Shown: piece by piece, positions 39,101 through 53,140 of the stretch
Layout: every line of letters starts with the position of its first letter
Numbering within the stretch: the stretch's first letter is position 1
Origin: the human T2T-CHM13v2.0 reference genome, Homo sapiens
Assembly (NCBI RefSeq): GCF_009914755.1
Contig: NC_060929.1
Direction: 5' to 3' (one strand)
DNA: 64,000 nt
Program-made: the position numbers and the translations under genes
Notes under the pieces: model-generated
Told to the model about the DNA's origin: nothing
Database searches by the model: none
The model's input: the letters and a program-made list of their open reading frames with translations, nothing else

Positions 39101-40199
39101 GTCAAAGGTAGAAAAGGAAATATCTTCCTATAAAAACTAGACAGAATGATTCTCAGAAACTCCTTTGTGATGTGTGCATTCAACTCACAGAGTTTAACCT
39201 TTCTTTTCATAGAGCAGTTAGGAAACACTCTGCTTGTAAAGTCTGCAAGTGGATATTCAGCCCTCTTTGAGGCCTTCGTTGGAAACGGGTTTTTTTCATA
39301 TAAGGCTAGACAGAAGAATTCCCAGTAACTTCCTTGTGTTGTGTGTGTTCAACTCACAGAGTTGAACTTTCATTTACACAGAGCAGATTTGAAACACTCT
39401 TTTTGTGGAATTTGCAAGTGGAGATTTCAAGCGCTTTGAGGCCAAAGGCAGAAAAGGAAATATCTTCGTATAAAAACTAGACAGAATCATTCTCAGAAAC
39501 TGCTCTGTGATGTGTGCGTTCAACTCTCAGAGTTTAACTTTTCTTTTCATTCAGCAGTTTGGAAACACTCTGTTTGTAAAGTCTGCACGTGGATATTTTG
39601 ACCACTTAGAGGCCTTCGTTGGAAACGGGTTTTTTTCCTGTAAGGCTAGACAGAAGAATTCCCAGTAACTTCCTTGTGTTGTGTACATTCAACTCACAGA
39701 GTTGAACGTTCCCTTAGACAGAGCAGATTTGAAACACTCTTTTTGTGCAATTGGCAAGTGGAGATTTCAAGCGCTTTAAGGTCAATGGCAGAAAAGGAAA
39801 TATCTTCGTTTCTAAACTAGACAGAATCATTCCCACAAACTGCGTTGTGATGTGTTCGTTCATCTCACAGAGTTTAACCTTTCTTTTCATAGAGCAGTTA
39901 GGAAACAGTCTGTTTGTAAATTCTGTAAGTGGATATTCTGACATCTTGTGGCCTTCGTTGGAAACGGGATTTCTTCATATTCTGCTAGACAGAAGAATTC
40001 TCAGAATCTTCCTTGTGTTGTGTGTATTCAACTCACAGAGTTGAACGATGGTTTACACAGAGCAGATTTGAAACACTCTTTTTGTGGAATTTGCAAGTGG
40101 AGATTTCAGCCGCTTTGAGGTCAATGGTAGAAAAGGAAATATCTTCGCATAAAAACTAGACAGAATGATTCTCAGAAACTTCTTTGTGATGTGTGCGTT

Positions 40200-43100
40200 C
40201 AACTCACAGAGTTTAACCTTTCTTTTCATAGAGCAGTTAGGAAACACTCTGTTTGTAAACTCTGCAAGTGGATATTCAGACCTCTTTGAGGCCTTCGTTG
40301 GAAACGGGATTTCTTCATACTGTGCTAGACAGAAGAATTCTCAGTAACTTCCTTGTGTTGTGTGTATTCAACTCACAGAGTTGACCGATCCTTTACACAG
40401 AGCAGACTTGTAACACTCTTTTTGTGGAATTTGCAAGTGGAGATTTCAGCCGCTTTGAAGTCAAAGGTAGAAAAGGGAATATCTTCCTATAAAAACTAGA
40501 CAGAATGATTCTCAGAAACTCCTTTGTGATGTGTGCGTTCAACTCACAGAGTTTAACCTTTCTTTTCATAGAGCAGTTAGGAAACACTCTGTTTCTAAAG
40601 TCTGCAAGTGGATATTCAGACCTCTTTGAGGCCTTCGTTGGAAACGGGTTTTTTTCATATAAGGCTAGAGAGAAGAATTCCCAGTAACTTCCTTGTGTTG
40701 TGTGTGTTCAACTCACAGAGTTGAACTTTCATTTACACAGAGCAGATTTGAAACACTCTTTTTGTGGAATTTGCAAGTGGAGATTTCAAGCGCTGTGAGG
40801 CCAAAGGCAGAAAAGGAAATATCTTCGTATAAAAACTAGACAGAATCGTTCTCAGAAACTGCTCTGCGATGTGTGCGTTCAACTCTCAGAGTTTAACTTT
40901 TCTTTTCATTCAGCAGTTTGGAAACACTCTGTTTGTAAAGTCTGCACGTGGATAATTTGACCACTTAGAGGCCTTCGTTGGAAACGGGTTTTTTTCATGT
41001 AAGGCTAGACAGAAGAATTCTCAGTAACTTCCTTGTGTTGTGTGTATTCAACTCACACAGTTGAACGATCCTTTACACAAAGCAGACTTGTAACACTCTT
41101 TTTGTGGAATTTGCAAGTGGAGATTTCAGCCGCTTTGAAGTCAAATGTAGAAAAGGAAATATCTTCCTATAAAAACTAGACAGAATGATTCTCAGAAACT
41201 CCTTTGTGATGTGTGCGTTCAACTCACAGAGTTTAACCTTTCTTTTCATAGAGCAGTTAGGAAACACTCTGTTTGTAAAGTCTGCAAGTGGATATTCAGA
41301 CCTGTTTGAGGCCTTCGTTGGAAACGGGTTTTTTTCATATAAGGCTAGACAGAAGAATTCCCAGTAACTTCCTTGTGTTGTGTGTGTTCAACTCACAGAG
41401 TTGAACTTTCATTTACACAGAGTAGATTTGAAACACTCTTTTTGTGGAATTTGCAAGTGGAGATTTCAAGCGCTTTGAGGCCAAAGGCAGAAAAGGAAAT
41501 ATCTTCGTATAAAAACTAGACAGAATCATTCTCAGAAACTGCTCTGTGATGTGTGCGTTCAACTCTCAGAGTTTAACTTTTCTTTTCATTCAGCAGTTTG
41601 GAAACACTCTGTTTGTAAAGTCTGCACGTGGATAATTTGACCACTTAGAGGCCTTCGTTGGAAACGGGTTTTTTTCATGTAAGGCTAGACAGAAGAGTTC
41701 TCAGTAACTTCCTTGTGTTGTGTGTATTCAACTCACACAGTTGAACGATCCTTTACAGAGAGCAGACTTGTAACACTCTTTTTGTGGAATTTGCAAGTGG
41801 AGATTTCAGCCGCTTTGAAGTCAAAGTAGAAAAGGAAATATCTTCCTATAAAAACTAGACAGAATGATTCTCAGAAACTCCTTTGTGATGTGTGCGTTCA
41901 ACTCACAGAGTTTAACCTTTCTTTTCATAGAGCAGTTAGGAAACACTCTGTTTGTAAAGTCTGCAAGTGGATATTCAGACCTCTTTGAGGCCTTCGTTGG
42001 AAACGGGTTTTTTTCATATAAGGCTAGACAGAAGAATTCCCAGTAACTTCCTTGTGTTGTGTGTGTTCAACTCACAGAGTTGAACTTTCATTTACACAGA
42101 GCAGATTTGAAACACTCTTTTTGTGGAATTTGCAAGTGGAGATTTCAAGCGCTTTGAGGCCAAAGGCAGAAAAGGAAATATCTTCGTATAAAAACTAGAC
42201 AGAATGATTCTCAGAAACTTCTTTGTGATGTGTGCGTTCAACTCACAGAGTTTAACCTTTCTTTTCATAGAGCAGTTAGGAAACACTCTGTTTGTAAACT
42301 CTGCAAGTGGATATTCAGACCTCTTTGAGGCCTTCGTTGGAAACGGGTTTTTTTCATATAAGGCTAGACAGAAGAATTCCCAGTAACTTCCTTGTTTTGT
42401 GTGTGTTCAACTCACAGAGTTGAACTTTCATTTACACAGAGCAGATTTGAAACACTCTTTTTGTGGAATTTGCAAATGGAGATTTCAAGCGCTTTGAGGC
42501 CAAAGGCAGAAAAGGAAATATCTTCGTATAAAAACTAGACAGAATCATTCTCAGAAACTGCTCTGCGATGTGTGCGTTCAACTCTCAGAGTTTAACTTAG
42601 CTTTTCATTCAGCAGTTTGGAAACACTCTGTTTGTAAAATCTGCACGTGGATAATTTGACCACTTAGAGGCCTTCGTTGGAAACGGGTTTTTTTCATGTA
42701 AGGCTAGACAGAAGAATTCTCAGTAACTTCCTTGTGTTGTGTGTATTCAACTCACAGAGTTGAACGATCCTTTACACAGAGCAGACTTGTAACACTCTTT
42801 TTGTGGAATTTACAAGTGGAGATTTCAGCCGCTTTGAAGTCAAATGTAGAAAAGGAAATATCTTCCTATAAAAACTAGACAGAATGATTCTCAGAAACTC
42901 CTTTGTGATGTGTGCGTTCAACTCACAGAGTTTAACCTTTCTTTTCATAGAGCAGTTAGGAAACACTCTGTTTGTAAAGTCTGCAAGTGGATATTCAGAC
43001 CTCTTTGAGGCCTTCGTTGGAAACGGGTTTTTTTCATATAAGGCTAGACAGAAGAATTCCCAGTAACTTCCTTGTGTTGTGTGTGTTCAACTCACAGAGT

Positions 43101-46100
43101 TGAACTTTCATTTACACAGAGCAGATTTGAAACACTCTTTTTGTGGAATTTGCAAGTGGAGATTTCAAGCGCTTTGAGGCCAAAGGCAGAAAAGGAAATA
43201 TCTTCGTATAAAAACTAGACAGAATCATTCTCAGAAACTGCTCTGCGATGTGTGCGTTCAACTCTCAGAGTTTAACTTTTCTTTTCATTCAGCAGTTTGG
43301 AAACACTCTGTTTGTAAAGTCTGCACGTGGATAATTTGACCACTTAGAGGCCTTCGTTGGAAACGGGTTTTTTTCATGTAAGGCTAGACAGAAGAGTTCT
43401 CAGTAACTTCCTTGTGTTGTGTGTATTCAACTCACACAGTTGAACGATCCTTTACAGAGAGCAGACTTGTAACACTCTTTTTGTGGAATTTGCAAGTGGA
43501 GATTTCAGCCGCTTTGAAGTCAAAGTAGAAAAGGAAATATCTTCCTATAAAAACTAGACAGAATGATTCTCAGAAACTCCTTTGTGATGTGTGCGTTCAA
43601 CTCACAGAGTTTAACCTTTCTTTTCATAGAGCAGTTAGGAAACACTCTGTTTGTAAAGTCTGCAAGTGGATATTCAGACCTCTTTGAGGCCTTCGTTGGA
43701 AACGGTTTTTTTTCATATAAGGCTAGACAGAAGAATTCCCAGTAACTTCCTTGTGTTGTGTGTGTTCAACTCACAGAGTTGAACTTTCATTTACACAGAG
43801 CAGATTTGAAACACTCTTTTTGTGGAATTTGCAGGTGGAGATTTCAAGCGCTTTGAGGCCAAAGGCAGAAAAGGAAATATCTTCGTATAAAAACTAGACA
43901 GAATCATTCTCAGAAACTGCTCTGCGATGTGTGCGTTCAACTCTCAGAGTTTAACTTTTCTTTTCATTCAGCAGTTTGGAAACACTCTGTTTGTAAATTC
44001 TGCACGTGGATAATTTGACCACTTAGAGGCCTTCGTTGGAAACGGGTTTTTTTCATGTCAGGCTAGACAGAAGAATTCTCAGTAACTTCCTTGTGTTGTG
44101 TGTATTCAACTCACAGAGTTGAACGATCCTTTACACAGAGCAGACTTGTAACACTCTTTTTCTGGAATTTGCAAGTGGAGATTTCAGCCGCTTTGAAGTC
44201 AAAGGTAGAAAAGGAAATATCTTCCTATAAAAACTAGACAGAATGATTCTCAGAAACTCCTTTGTGATGTGTGCGTTCAACTCACAGAGTTTAACCTTTC
44301 TTTTCATAGAGCAGTTAGGAAACACTCTGTTTGTAAACTCTGGAAGTGGATATTCAGACCTCTTTGAGGCCTTCGTTGGAAACGGGATTTCTTCATACTG
44401 TGCTAGACAGAAGAATTCTCAGTAACTTCCTTGTGTTGTGTGTATTCAACTCACAGAGTTGAACGATCCTTTACACAGAGCAGACTTGGAACACTCTTTT
44501 TGTGGAATTTGCAAGTGGAGATTTCAGCCGCGTTGAGGTCAATGGTAGAAAAGGAACTATCTTCGTATAAAAACTAGACAGAATGATTCTCAGAAACTCC
44601 TTTGAGATGTGTGCGTTCAACTCACAGAGTTTAACCTTTCTTTTCATAGAGCAGTTAGGAAACACTCTGCTTGTAAAGTCTGCAAGTGGATATTCAGCCC
44701 TCTTTGAGGCCTTCGCTGGAAACGGGTTTTTTTCATAGAAGGCTAGACAGCAGAATTCCCAGTAACTTCCTTGTGTTGTGTGTGTTCAACTCACAGAGTT
44801 GAACTTTGATTTACACAGAGCAGATTTGAAACACTCTTTTTGTGGAATTTGCAAGTGGAGATTTCAAGCGCTTTGAGGCCAAAGGCAGAAAAGGAAATAT
44901 CTTCGTATAAAAACTAGACAGAATCATTCTCAGAAACTGCTCTGCGATGTGTGCGTTCAACTCTCAGAGTTTAACTTTTCTTTTCATTCAGCAGTTTGGA
45001 AACACTCTGTTTGTAAAGTCTGCACGTGGATATTTTGACCACTTAGAGGCCTTCGTTGGAAATGGGTTTTTTTCCTGTAAGGCTAGACAGAAGAATTCCC
45101 AGTAACTTCCTTGTGTTGTGTACATTCAACTCACAGAGTTGAACGTTCCCTTAGACAGAGCAGATTTGAAACACTCTTTTTGTGCAATTGGCAAGTGGAG
45201 ATTTCAAGCGCGTTGAGGTCAATGGCAGAAAAGGAAATATCTTCGTTTCAAAACTAGACAGAATCATTCCCACAAACTGCGTTGTGATGTGTTCGTTCAA
45301 CTCACAGAGTTTAACCTTTCTTTTCATAGAGCAGTTAGGAAACAGTCTGTTTGAAAATTCTGTAAGTGGATATTCTGACATCTTGTGGCCTTCGTTGGAA
45401 ACGGGATTTCTTCATATTCTGCTAGACAGAAGAATTCTCAGAATCTTCCTTGTGTTGTGTGTATTCAACTCACAGAGTTGAACGATGGTTTACACAGAGC
45501 AGATTTGAAACACTCATTTGGTGGAATTTGCAAGTGGAGATTTCAGCCGCTTTGAGGTCAATGGTAGAAAAGGAAATATCTTCGTATAACAACTAGACAG
45601 AATGATTCTCAGAAACTTCTTTGTGATGTGTGTGTTCAACTCACAGAGTTTAACCTTTCTTTTCATAGAGCAGTTAGGAAACACTCTGTTTGTAAACTCT
45701 GCAAGTGGATATTCAGACCTCTTTGAGGCCTTCGTTGGAAACGGGATTTCTTCATACTGTGCTAGACAGAAGAATTCTCAGTAACTTCCTTGTGTTGTGT
45801 GTATTCAACTCACAGAGTTGACCGATCCTTTACACAGAGCAGACTTGTAACACTCTTTTTGTGGAATTTGCAAGTGGAGATTTCAGCCGCTTTGAAGTCA
45901 AAGGTAGAAAAGGGAATATCTTCCTATAAAAACTAGACAGAATGATTCTCAGAAACTCCTTTGTGATGTGTGCGTTCAACTCACAGAGTTTAACCTTTCT
46001 TTTCATAGAGCAGTTAGGAAACACTCTGTTTCTAAAGTCTGCAAGTGGATATTCAGACCTCTTTGAGGCCTTCGTTGGAAACGGGTTTTTTTCATATAAG

Positions 46101-49100
46101 GCTAGAGAGAAGAATTCCCAGTAACTTCCTTGTGTTGTGTGTGTTCAACTCACAGAGTTGAACTTTCATTTACACAGAGCAGATTTGAAACACTCTTTTT
46201 GTGGAATTTGCAAGTGGAGATTTCAAGCGCTGTGAGGCCAAAGGCAGAAAAGGAAATATCTTCGTATAAAAACTAGACAGAATCGTTCTCAGAAACTGCT
46301 CTGCGATGTGTGCGTTCAACTCTCAGAGTTTAACTTTTCTTTTCATTCAGCAGTTTGGAAACACTCTGTTTGTAAAGTCTGCACGTGGATAATTTGACCA
46401 CTTAGAGGCCTTCGTTGGAAACGGGTTTTTTTCATGTAAGGCTAGACAGAAGAATTCTCAGTAACTTCCTTGTGTTGTGTGTATTCAACTCACACAGTTG
46501 AACGATCCTTTACACAAAGCAGACTTGTAACACTCTTTTTGTGGAATTTGCAAGTGGAGATTTCAGCCGCTTTGAAGTCAAATGTAGAAAAGGAAATATC
46601 TTCCTATAAAAACTAGACAGAATGATTCTCAGAAACTCCTTTGTGATGTGTGCGTTCAACTCACAGAGTTTAACCTTTCTTTTCATAGAGCAGTTAGGAA
46701 ACACTCTGTTTGTAAAGTCTGCAAGTGGATATTCAGACCTGTTTGAGGCCTTCGTTGGAAACGGGTTTTTTTCATATAAGGCTAGACAGAAGAATTCCCA
46801 GTAACTTCCTTGTGTTGTGTGTGTTCAACTCACAGAGTTGAACTTTCATTTACACAGAGCAGATTTGAAACACTCTTTTTGTGGAATTTGCAAGTGGAGA
46901 TTTCAAGCGCTTTGAGGCCAAAGGCAGAAAAGGAAATATCTTCGTATAAAAACTAGACAGAATCATTCTCAGAAACTGCTCTGTGATGTGTGCGTTCAAC
47001 TCTCAGAGTTTAACTTTTCTTTTCATTCAGCAGTTTGGAAACACCCTGTTTGTAAAGTCTGCACGTGGATAATTTGACCACTTAGAGGCCTTCGTTGGAA
47101 ACGGGTTTTTTTCATGTAAGGCTAGACAGAAGAGTTCTCAGTAACTTCCTTGTGTTGTGTGTATTCAACTCACACAGTTGAACGATCCTTTACAGAGAGC
47201 AGACTTGTAACACTCTTTTTGTGGAATTTGCAAGTGGAGATTTCAGCCGCTTTGAAGTCAAAGTAGAAAAGGAAATATCTTCCTATAAAAACTAGACAGA
47301 ATGATTCTCAGAAACTCCTTTGTGATGTGTGCGTTCAACTCACAGAGTTTAACCTTTCTTTTCATAGAGCAGTTAGGAAACACTCTGTTTGTAAAGTCTG
47401 CAAGTGGATATTCAGACCTCTTTGAGGCCTTCGTTGGAAACGGGTTTTTTTCATATAAGGCTAGACAGAAGAATTCCCAGTAACTTCCTTGTGTTGTGTG
47501 TGTTCAACTCACAGAGTTGAACTTTCATTTACACAGAGCAGATTTGAAACACTCTTTTTGTGGAATTTGCAAGTGGAGATTTCAAGCGCTTTGAGGCCAA
47601 AGGCAGAAAAGGAAATATCTTCGTATAAAAACTAGACAGAATGATTCTCAGAAACTTCTTTGTGATGTGTGCGTTCAACTCACAGAGTTTAACCTTTCTT
47701 TTCATAGAGCAGTTAGGAAACACTCTGTTTGTAAACTCTGCAAGTGGATATTCAGACCTCTTTGAGGCCTTCGTTGGAAACGGGATTTCTTCATACTGTG
47801 CTAGACAGAAGAATTCTCAGTAACTTCCTTGTGTTGTGTGTATTCAACTCACAGAGTTGAACGATCCTTTACACAGAGCAGACTTGTAACACTCTTTTTG
47901 TGGAATTTGCAAGTGGAGATTTCAGCCGCTTTGAAGTCAAATGTAGAAAAGGAAATATCTTCCTATAAAAACTAGACAGAATGATTCTCAGAAACTCCTT
48001 TGTGATGTGTGCGTTCAACTCACAGAGTTTAACCTTTCTTTTCATAGAGCAGTTAGGAAACACTCTGTTTGTAAAGTCTGCAAGTGGATATTCAGACCTC
48101 TTTGAGGCCTTCGTCGGAAACGGGTTTTTTTCATATAAGGCTAGACAGAAGAATTCCCAGTAACTTCCTTGTGTTGTGTGTGTTCAACTCACAGAGTTGA
48201 ACTTTCATTTACACAGAGCAGATTTGAAACACTCTTTTTGTGGAATTTGCAAGTGGAGATTTCAAGCGCTTTGAGGCCAAAGGCAGAAAAGGAAATATCT
48301 TCGTATAAAAACTAGACAGAATCATTCTCAGAAACTGCTCTGCGATGTGTGCGTTCAACTCTCAGAGTTTAACTTTTCTTTTCATTCAGCAGTTTGGAAA
48401 CACTCTGTTTGTAAAGTCTGCACGTGGATAATTTGACCACTTAGAGGCCTTCGTTGGAAACGGGTTTTTTTCATGTAAGGCTAGACAGAAGAGTTCTCAG
48501 TAACTTCCTTGTGTTGTGTGTATTCAACTCACACAGTTGAACGATCCTTTACAGAGAGCAGACTTGTAACACTCTTTTTGTGGAATTTGCAAGTGGAGAT
48601 TTCAGCCGCTTTGAAGTCAAAGTAGAAAAGGAAATATCTTCCTATAAAAACTAGACAGAATGATTCTCAGAAACTCCTTTGTGATGTGTGCGTTCAACTC
48701 ACAGAGTTTAACCTTTCTTTTCATAGAGCAGTTAGGAAACACTCTGTTTGTAAAGTCTGCAAGTGGATATTCAGACCTCTTTGAGGCCTTCGTTGGAAAC
48801 GGGTTTTTTTCATATAAGGCTAGACAGAAGAATTCCCAGTAACTTCCTTGTGTTGTGTGTGTTCAACTCACAGAGTTGAACTTTCATTTACACAGAGCAG
48901 ATTTGAAACACTCTTTTTGTGGAATTTGCAGGTGGAGATTTCAAGCGCTTTGAGGCCAAAGGCAGAAAAGGAAATATCTTCGTATAAAAACTAGACAGAA
49001 TCATTCTCAGAAACTGCTCTGCGATGTGTGCGTTCAACTCTCAGAGTTTAACTTTTCTTTTCATTCAGCAGTTTGGAAACACTCTGTTTGTAAATTCTGC

Positions 49101-52100
49101 ACGTGGATAATTTGACCACTTAGAGGCCTTCGTTGGAAACGGGTTTTTTTCATGTAAGGCTAGACAGAAGAATTCTCAGTAACTTCCTTGTGTTGTGTGT
49201 ATTCAACTCACAGAGTTGAACGATCCTTTACACAGAGCAGACTTGTAACACTCTTTTTCTGGAATTTGCAAGTGGAGATTTCAGCCGCTTTGAAGTCAAA
49301 GGTAGAAAAGGAAATATCTTCCTATAAAAACTAGACAGAATGATTCTCAGAAACTCCTTTGTGATGTGTGCGTTCAACTCACAGAGTTTAACCTTTCTTT
49401 TCATAGAGCAGTTAGGAAACACTCTGTTTGTAAACTCTGCAAGTGGATATTCAGACCTCTTTGAGGCCTTCGTTGGAAACGGGATTTCTTCATACTGTGC
49501 TAGACAGAAGAATTCTCAGTAACTTCCTTGTGTTGTGTGTATTCAACTCACAGAGTTGAACGATCCTTTACACAGAGCAGACTTGGAACACTCTTTTTGT
49601 GGAATTTGCAAGTGGAGATTTCAGCCGCGTTGAGGTCAATGGTAGAAAAGGAAATATCTTCGTATAAAAACTAGACAGAATGATTCTCAGAAACTCCTTT
49701 GAGATGTGTGCGTTCAACTCACAGAGTTTAACCTTTCTTTTCATAGAGCAGTTAGGAAACACTCTGCTTGTAAAGTCTGCAAGTGGATATTCAGCCCTCT
49801 TTGAGGCCTTCGCTGGAAACGGGTTTTTTTCATATAAGGCTAGACAGCAGAATTCCCAGTAACTTCCTTGTGTTGTGTGTGTTCAACTCACAGAGTTGAA
49901 CTTTGATTTACACAGAGCAGATTTGAAACACTCTTTTTGTGGAATTTGCAAGTGGAGATTTCAAGCGCTTTGAGGCCAAAGGCAGAAAAGGAAATATCTT
50001 CGTATAAAAACTAGACAGAATCATTCTCAGAAACTGCTCTGCGATGTGTGCGTTCAACTCTCAGAGTTTAACTTTTCTTTTCATTCAGCAGTTTGGAAAC
50101 ACTCTGTTTGTAAAGTCTGCACGTGGATATTTTGACCACTTAGAGGCCTTCGTTGGAAATGGGTTTTTTTCCTGTAAGGCTAGACAGAAGAATTCCCAGT
50201 AACTTCCTTGTGTTGTGTACATTCAACTCACAGAGTTGAACGTTCCCTTAGACAGAGCAGATTTGAAACACTCTTTTTGTGCAATTGGCAAGTGGAGATT
50301 TCAAGCGCGTTGAGGTCAATGGCAGAAAAGGAAATATCTTCGTTTCAAAACTAGACAGAATCATTCCCACAAACTGCGTTGTGATGTGTTCGTTCAACTC
50401 ACAGAGTTTAACCTTTCTTTTCATAGAGCAGTTAGGAAACAGTCTGTTTGAAAATTCTGTAAGTGGATATTCTGACATCTTGTGGCCTTCGTTGGAAACG
50501 GGATTTCTTCATATTCTGCTAGACAGAAGAATTCTCAGAATCTTCCTTGTGTTGTGTGTATTCAACTCACAGAGTTGAACGATGGTTTACACAGAGCAGA
50601 TTTGAAACACTCATTTGGTGGAATTTGCAAGTGGAGATTTCAGCCGCTTTGAGGTCAATGGTAGAAAAGGAAATATCTTCGTATAACAACTAGACAGAAT
50701 GATTCTCAGAAACTTCTTTGTGATGTGTGTGTTCAACTCACAGAGTTTAACCTTTCTTTTCATAGAGCAGTTAGGAAACACTCTGTTTGTAAACTCTGCA
50801 AGTGGATATTCAGACCTCTTTGAGGCCTTCGTTGGAAACGGGATTTCTTCATACTGTGCTAGACAGAAGAATTCTCAGTAACTTCCTTGTGTTGTGTGTA
50901 TTCAACTCACAGAGTTGACCGATCCTTTACACAGAGCAGACTTGTAACACTCTTTTTGTGGAATTTGCAAGTGGAGATTTCAGCCGCTTTGAAGTCAAAG
51001 GTAGAAAAGGGAATATCTTCCTATAAAAACTAGACAGAATGATTCTCAGAAACTCCTTTGTGATGTGTGCGTTCAACTCACAGAGTTTAACCTTTCTTTT
51101 CATAGAGCAGTTAGGAAACACTCTGTTTCTAAAGTCTGCAAGTGGATATTCAGACCTCTTTGAGGCCTTCGTTGGAAACGGGTTTTTTTCATAGAAGGCT
51201 AGAGAGAAGAATTCCCAGTAACTTCCTTGTGTTGTGTGTGTTCAACTCACAGAGTTGAACTTTCATTTACACAGAGCAGATTTGAAACACTCTTTTTGTG
51301 GAATTTGCAAGTGGAGATTTCAAGCGCTGTGAGGCCAAAGGCAGAAAAGGAAATATCTTCGTATAAAAACTAGACAGAATCGTTCTCAGAAACTGCTCTG
51401 CGATGTGTGCGTTCAACTCTCAGAGTTTAACTTTTCTTTTCATTCAGCAGTTTGGAAACACTCTGTTTGTAAAGTCTGCACGTGGATAATTTGACCACTT
51501 AGAGGCCTTCGTTGGAAACGGGTTTTTTTCATGTAAGGCTAGACAGAAGAATTCTCAGTAACTTCCTTGTGTTGTGTGTATTCAACTCACAGAGTTGAAC
51601 GATCCTTTACACAGAGCAGACTTGTAACACTCTTTTTGTGGAATTTGCAAGTGGAGATTTCAGCCGCTTTGAAGTCAAATGTAGAAAAGGAAATATCTTC
51701 CTATAAAAACTAGACAGAATGATTCTCAGAAACTCCTTTGTGATGTGTGCGTTCAACTCACAGAGTTTAACCTTTCTTTTCATAGAGCAGTTAGGAAACA
51801 CTCTGTTTGTAAACTCTGCAAGTGGATATTCAGACCTCTTTGAGGCCTTCGTTGGAAACGGGATTTCTTCATACTGTGCTAGACAGAAGAATTCTCAGTA
51901 ACTTCCTTGTGTTGTGTGTATTCAACTCACAGAGTTGAACGATCCTTTACACAGAGCAGACTTGGAACACTCTTTTTGTGGAATTTGCAAGTGGAGATTT
52001 CAGCCGCGTTGAGGTCAATGGTAGAAAAGGAAATATCTTCGTATAAAAACTAGACAGAATGATTCTCAGAAACTCCTTTGAGATGTGTGCGTTCAACTCA

Positions 52101-53140
52101 CAGAGTTTAACCTTTCTTTTCATAGAGCAGTTAGGAAACACTCTGCTTGTAAAGTCTGCAAGTGGATATTCAGCCCTCTTTGAGGCCTTCGCTGGAAACG
52201 GGTTTTTTTCATAGAAGGCTAGACAGCAGAATTCCCAGTAACTTCCTTGTGTTGTGTGTGTTCAACTCACAGAGTTGAACTTTGATTTACACAGAGCAGA
52301 TTTGAAACACTCTTTTTGTGGAATTTGCAAGTGGAGATTTCAAGCGCTTTGAGGCCAAAGGCAGAAAAGGAAATATCTTCGTATAAAAACTAGACAGAAT
52401 CATTCTCAGAAACTGCTCTGCGATGTGTGCGTTCAACTCTCAGAGTTTAACTTTTCTTTTCATTCAGCAGTTTGGAAACACTCTGTTTGTAAAGTCTGCA
52501 CGTGGATATTTTGACCACTTAGAGGCCTTCGTTGGAAATGGGTTTTTTTCCTGTAAGGCTAGACAGAAGAATTCCCAGTAACTTCCTTGTGTTGTGTACA
52601 TTCAACTCACAGAGTTGAACGTTCCCTTAGACAGAGCAGATTTGAAACACTCTTTTTGTGCAATTGGCAAGTGGAGATTTCAAGCGCGTTGAGGTCAATG
52701 GCAGAAAAGGAAATATCTTCGTTTCAAAACTAGACAGAATCATTCCCACAAACTGCGTTGTGATGTGTTCGTTCAACTCACAGAGTTTAACCTTTCTTTT
52801 CATAGAGCAGTTAGGAAACAGTCTGTTTGAAAATTCTGTAAGTGGATATTCTGACATCTTGTGGCCTTCTTTGGAAACGGGATTTCTTCATATTCTGCTA
52901 GACAGAAGAATTCTCAGAATCTTCCTTGTGTTGTGTGTATTCAACTCACAGAGTTGAACGATGGTTTACACAGAGCAGATTTGAAACACTCATTTGGTGG
53001 AATTTGCAAGTGGAGATTTCAGCCGCTTTGAGGTCAATGGTAGAAAAGGAAATATCTTCGTATAACAACTAGACAGAATGATTCTCAGAAACTTCTTTGT
53101 GATGTGTGTGTTCAACTCACAGAGTTTAACCTTTCTTTTC
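40200..53140 (+). repeat. ~5.1-kb duplication (offsets 5437 then 5097) followed by a 2379-bp partial third copy
   Basis: C at 45093/50190/52569 all carry gcgcgttgag. Box ggaaatggg at 45063/50160/52539. B|D hybrid at 42034/47471. Confidence 0.85.
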
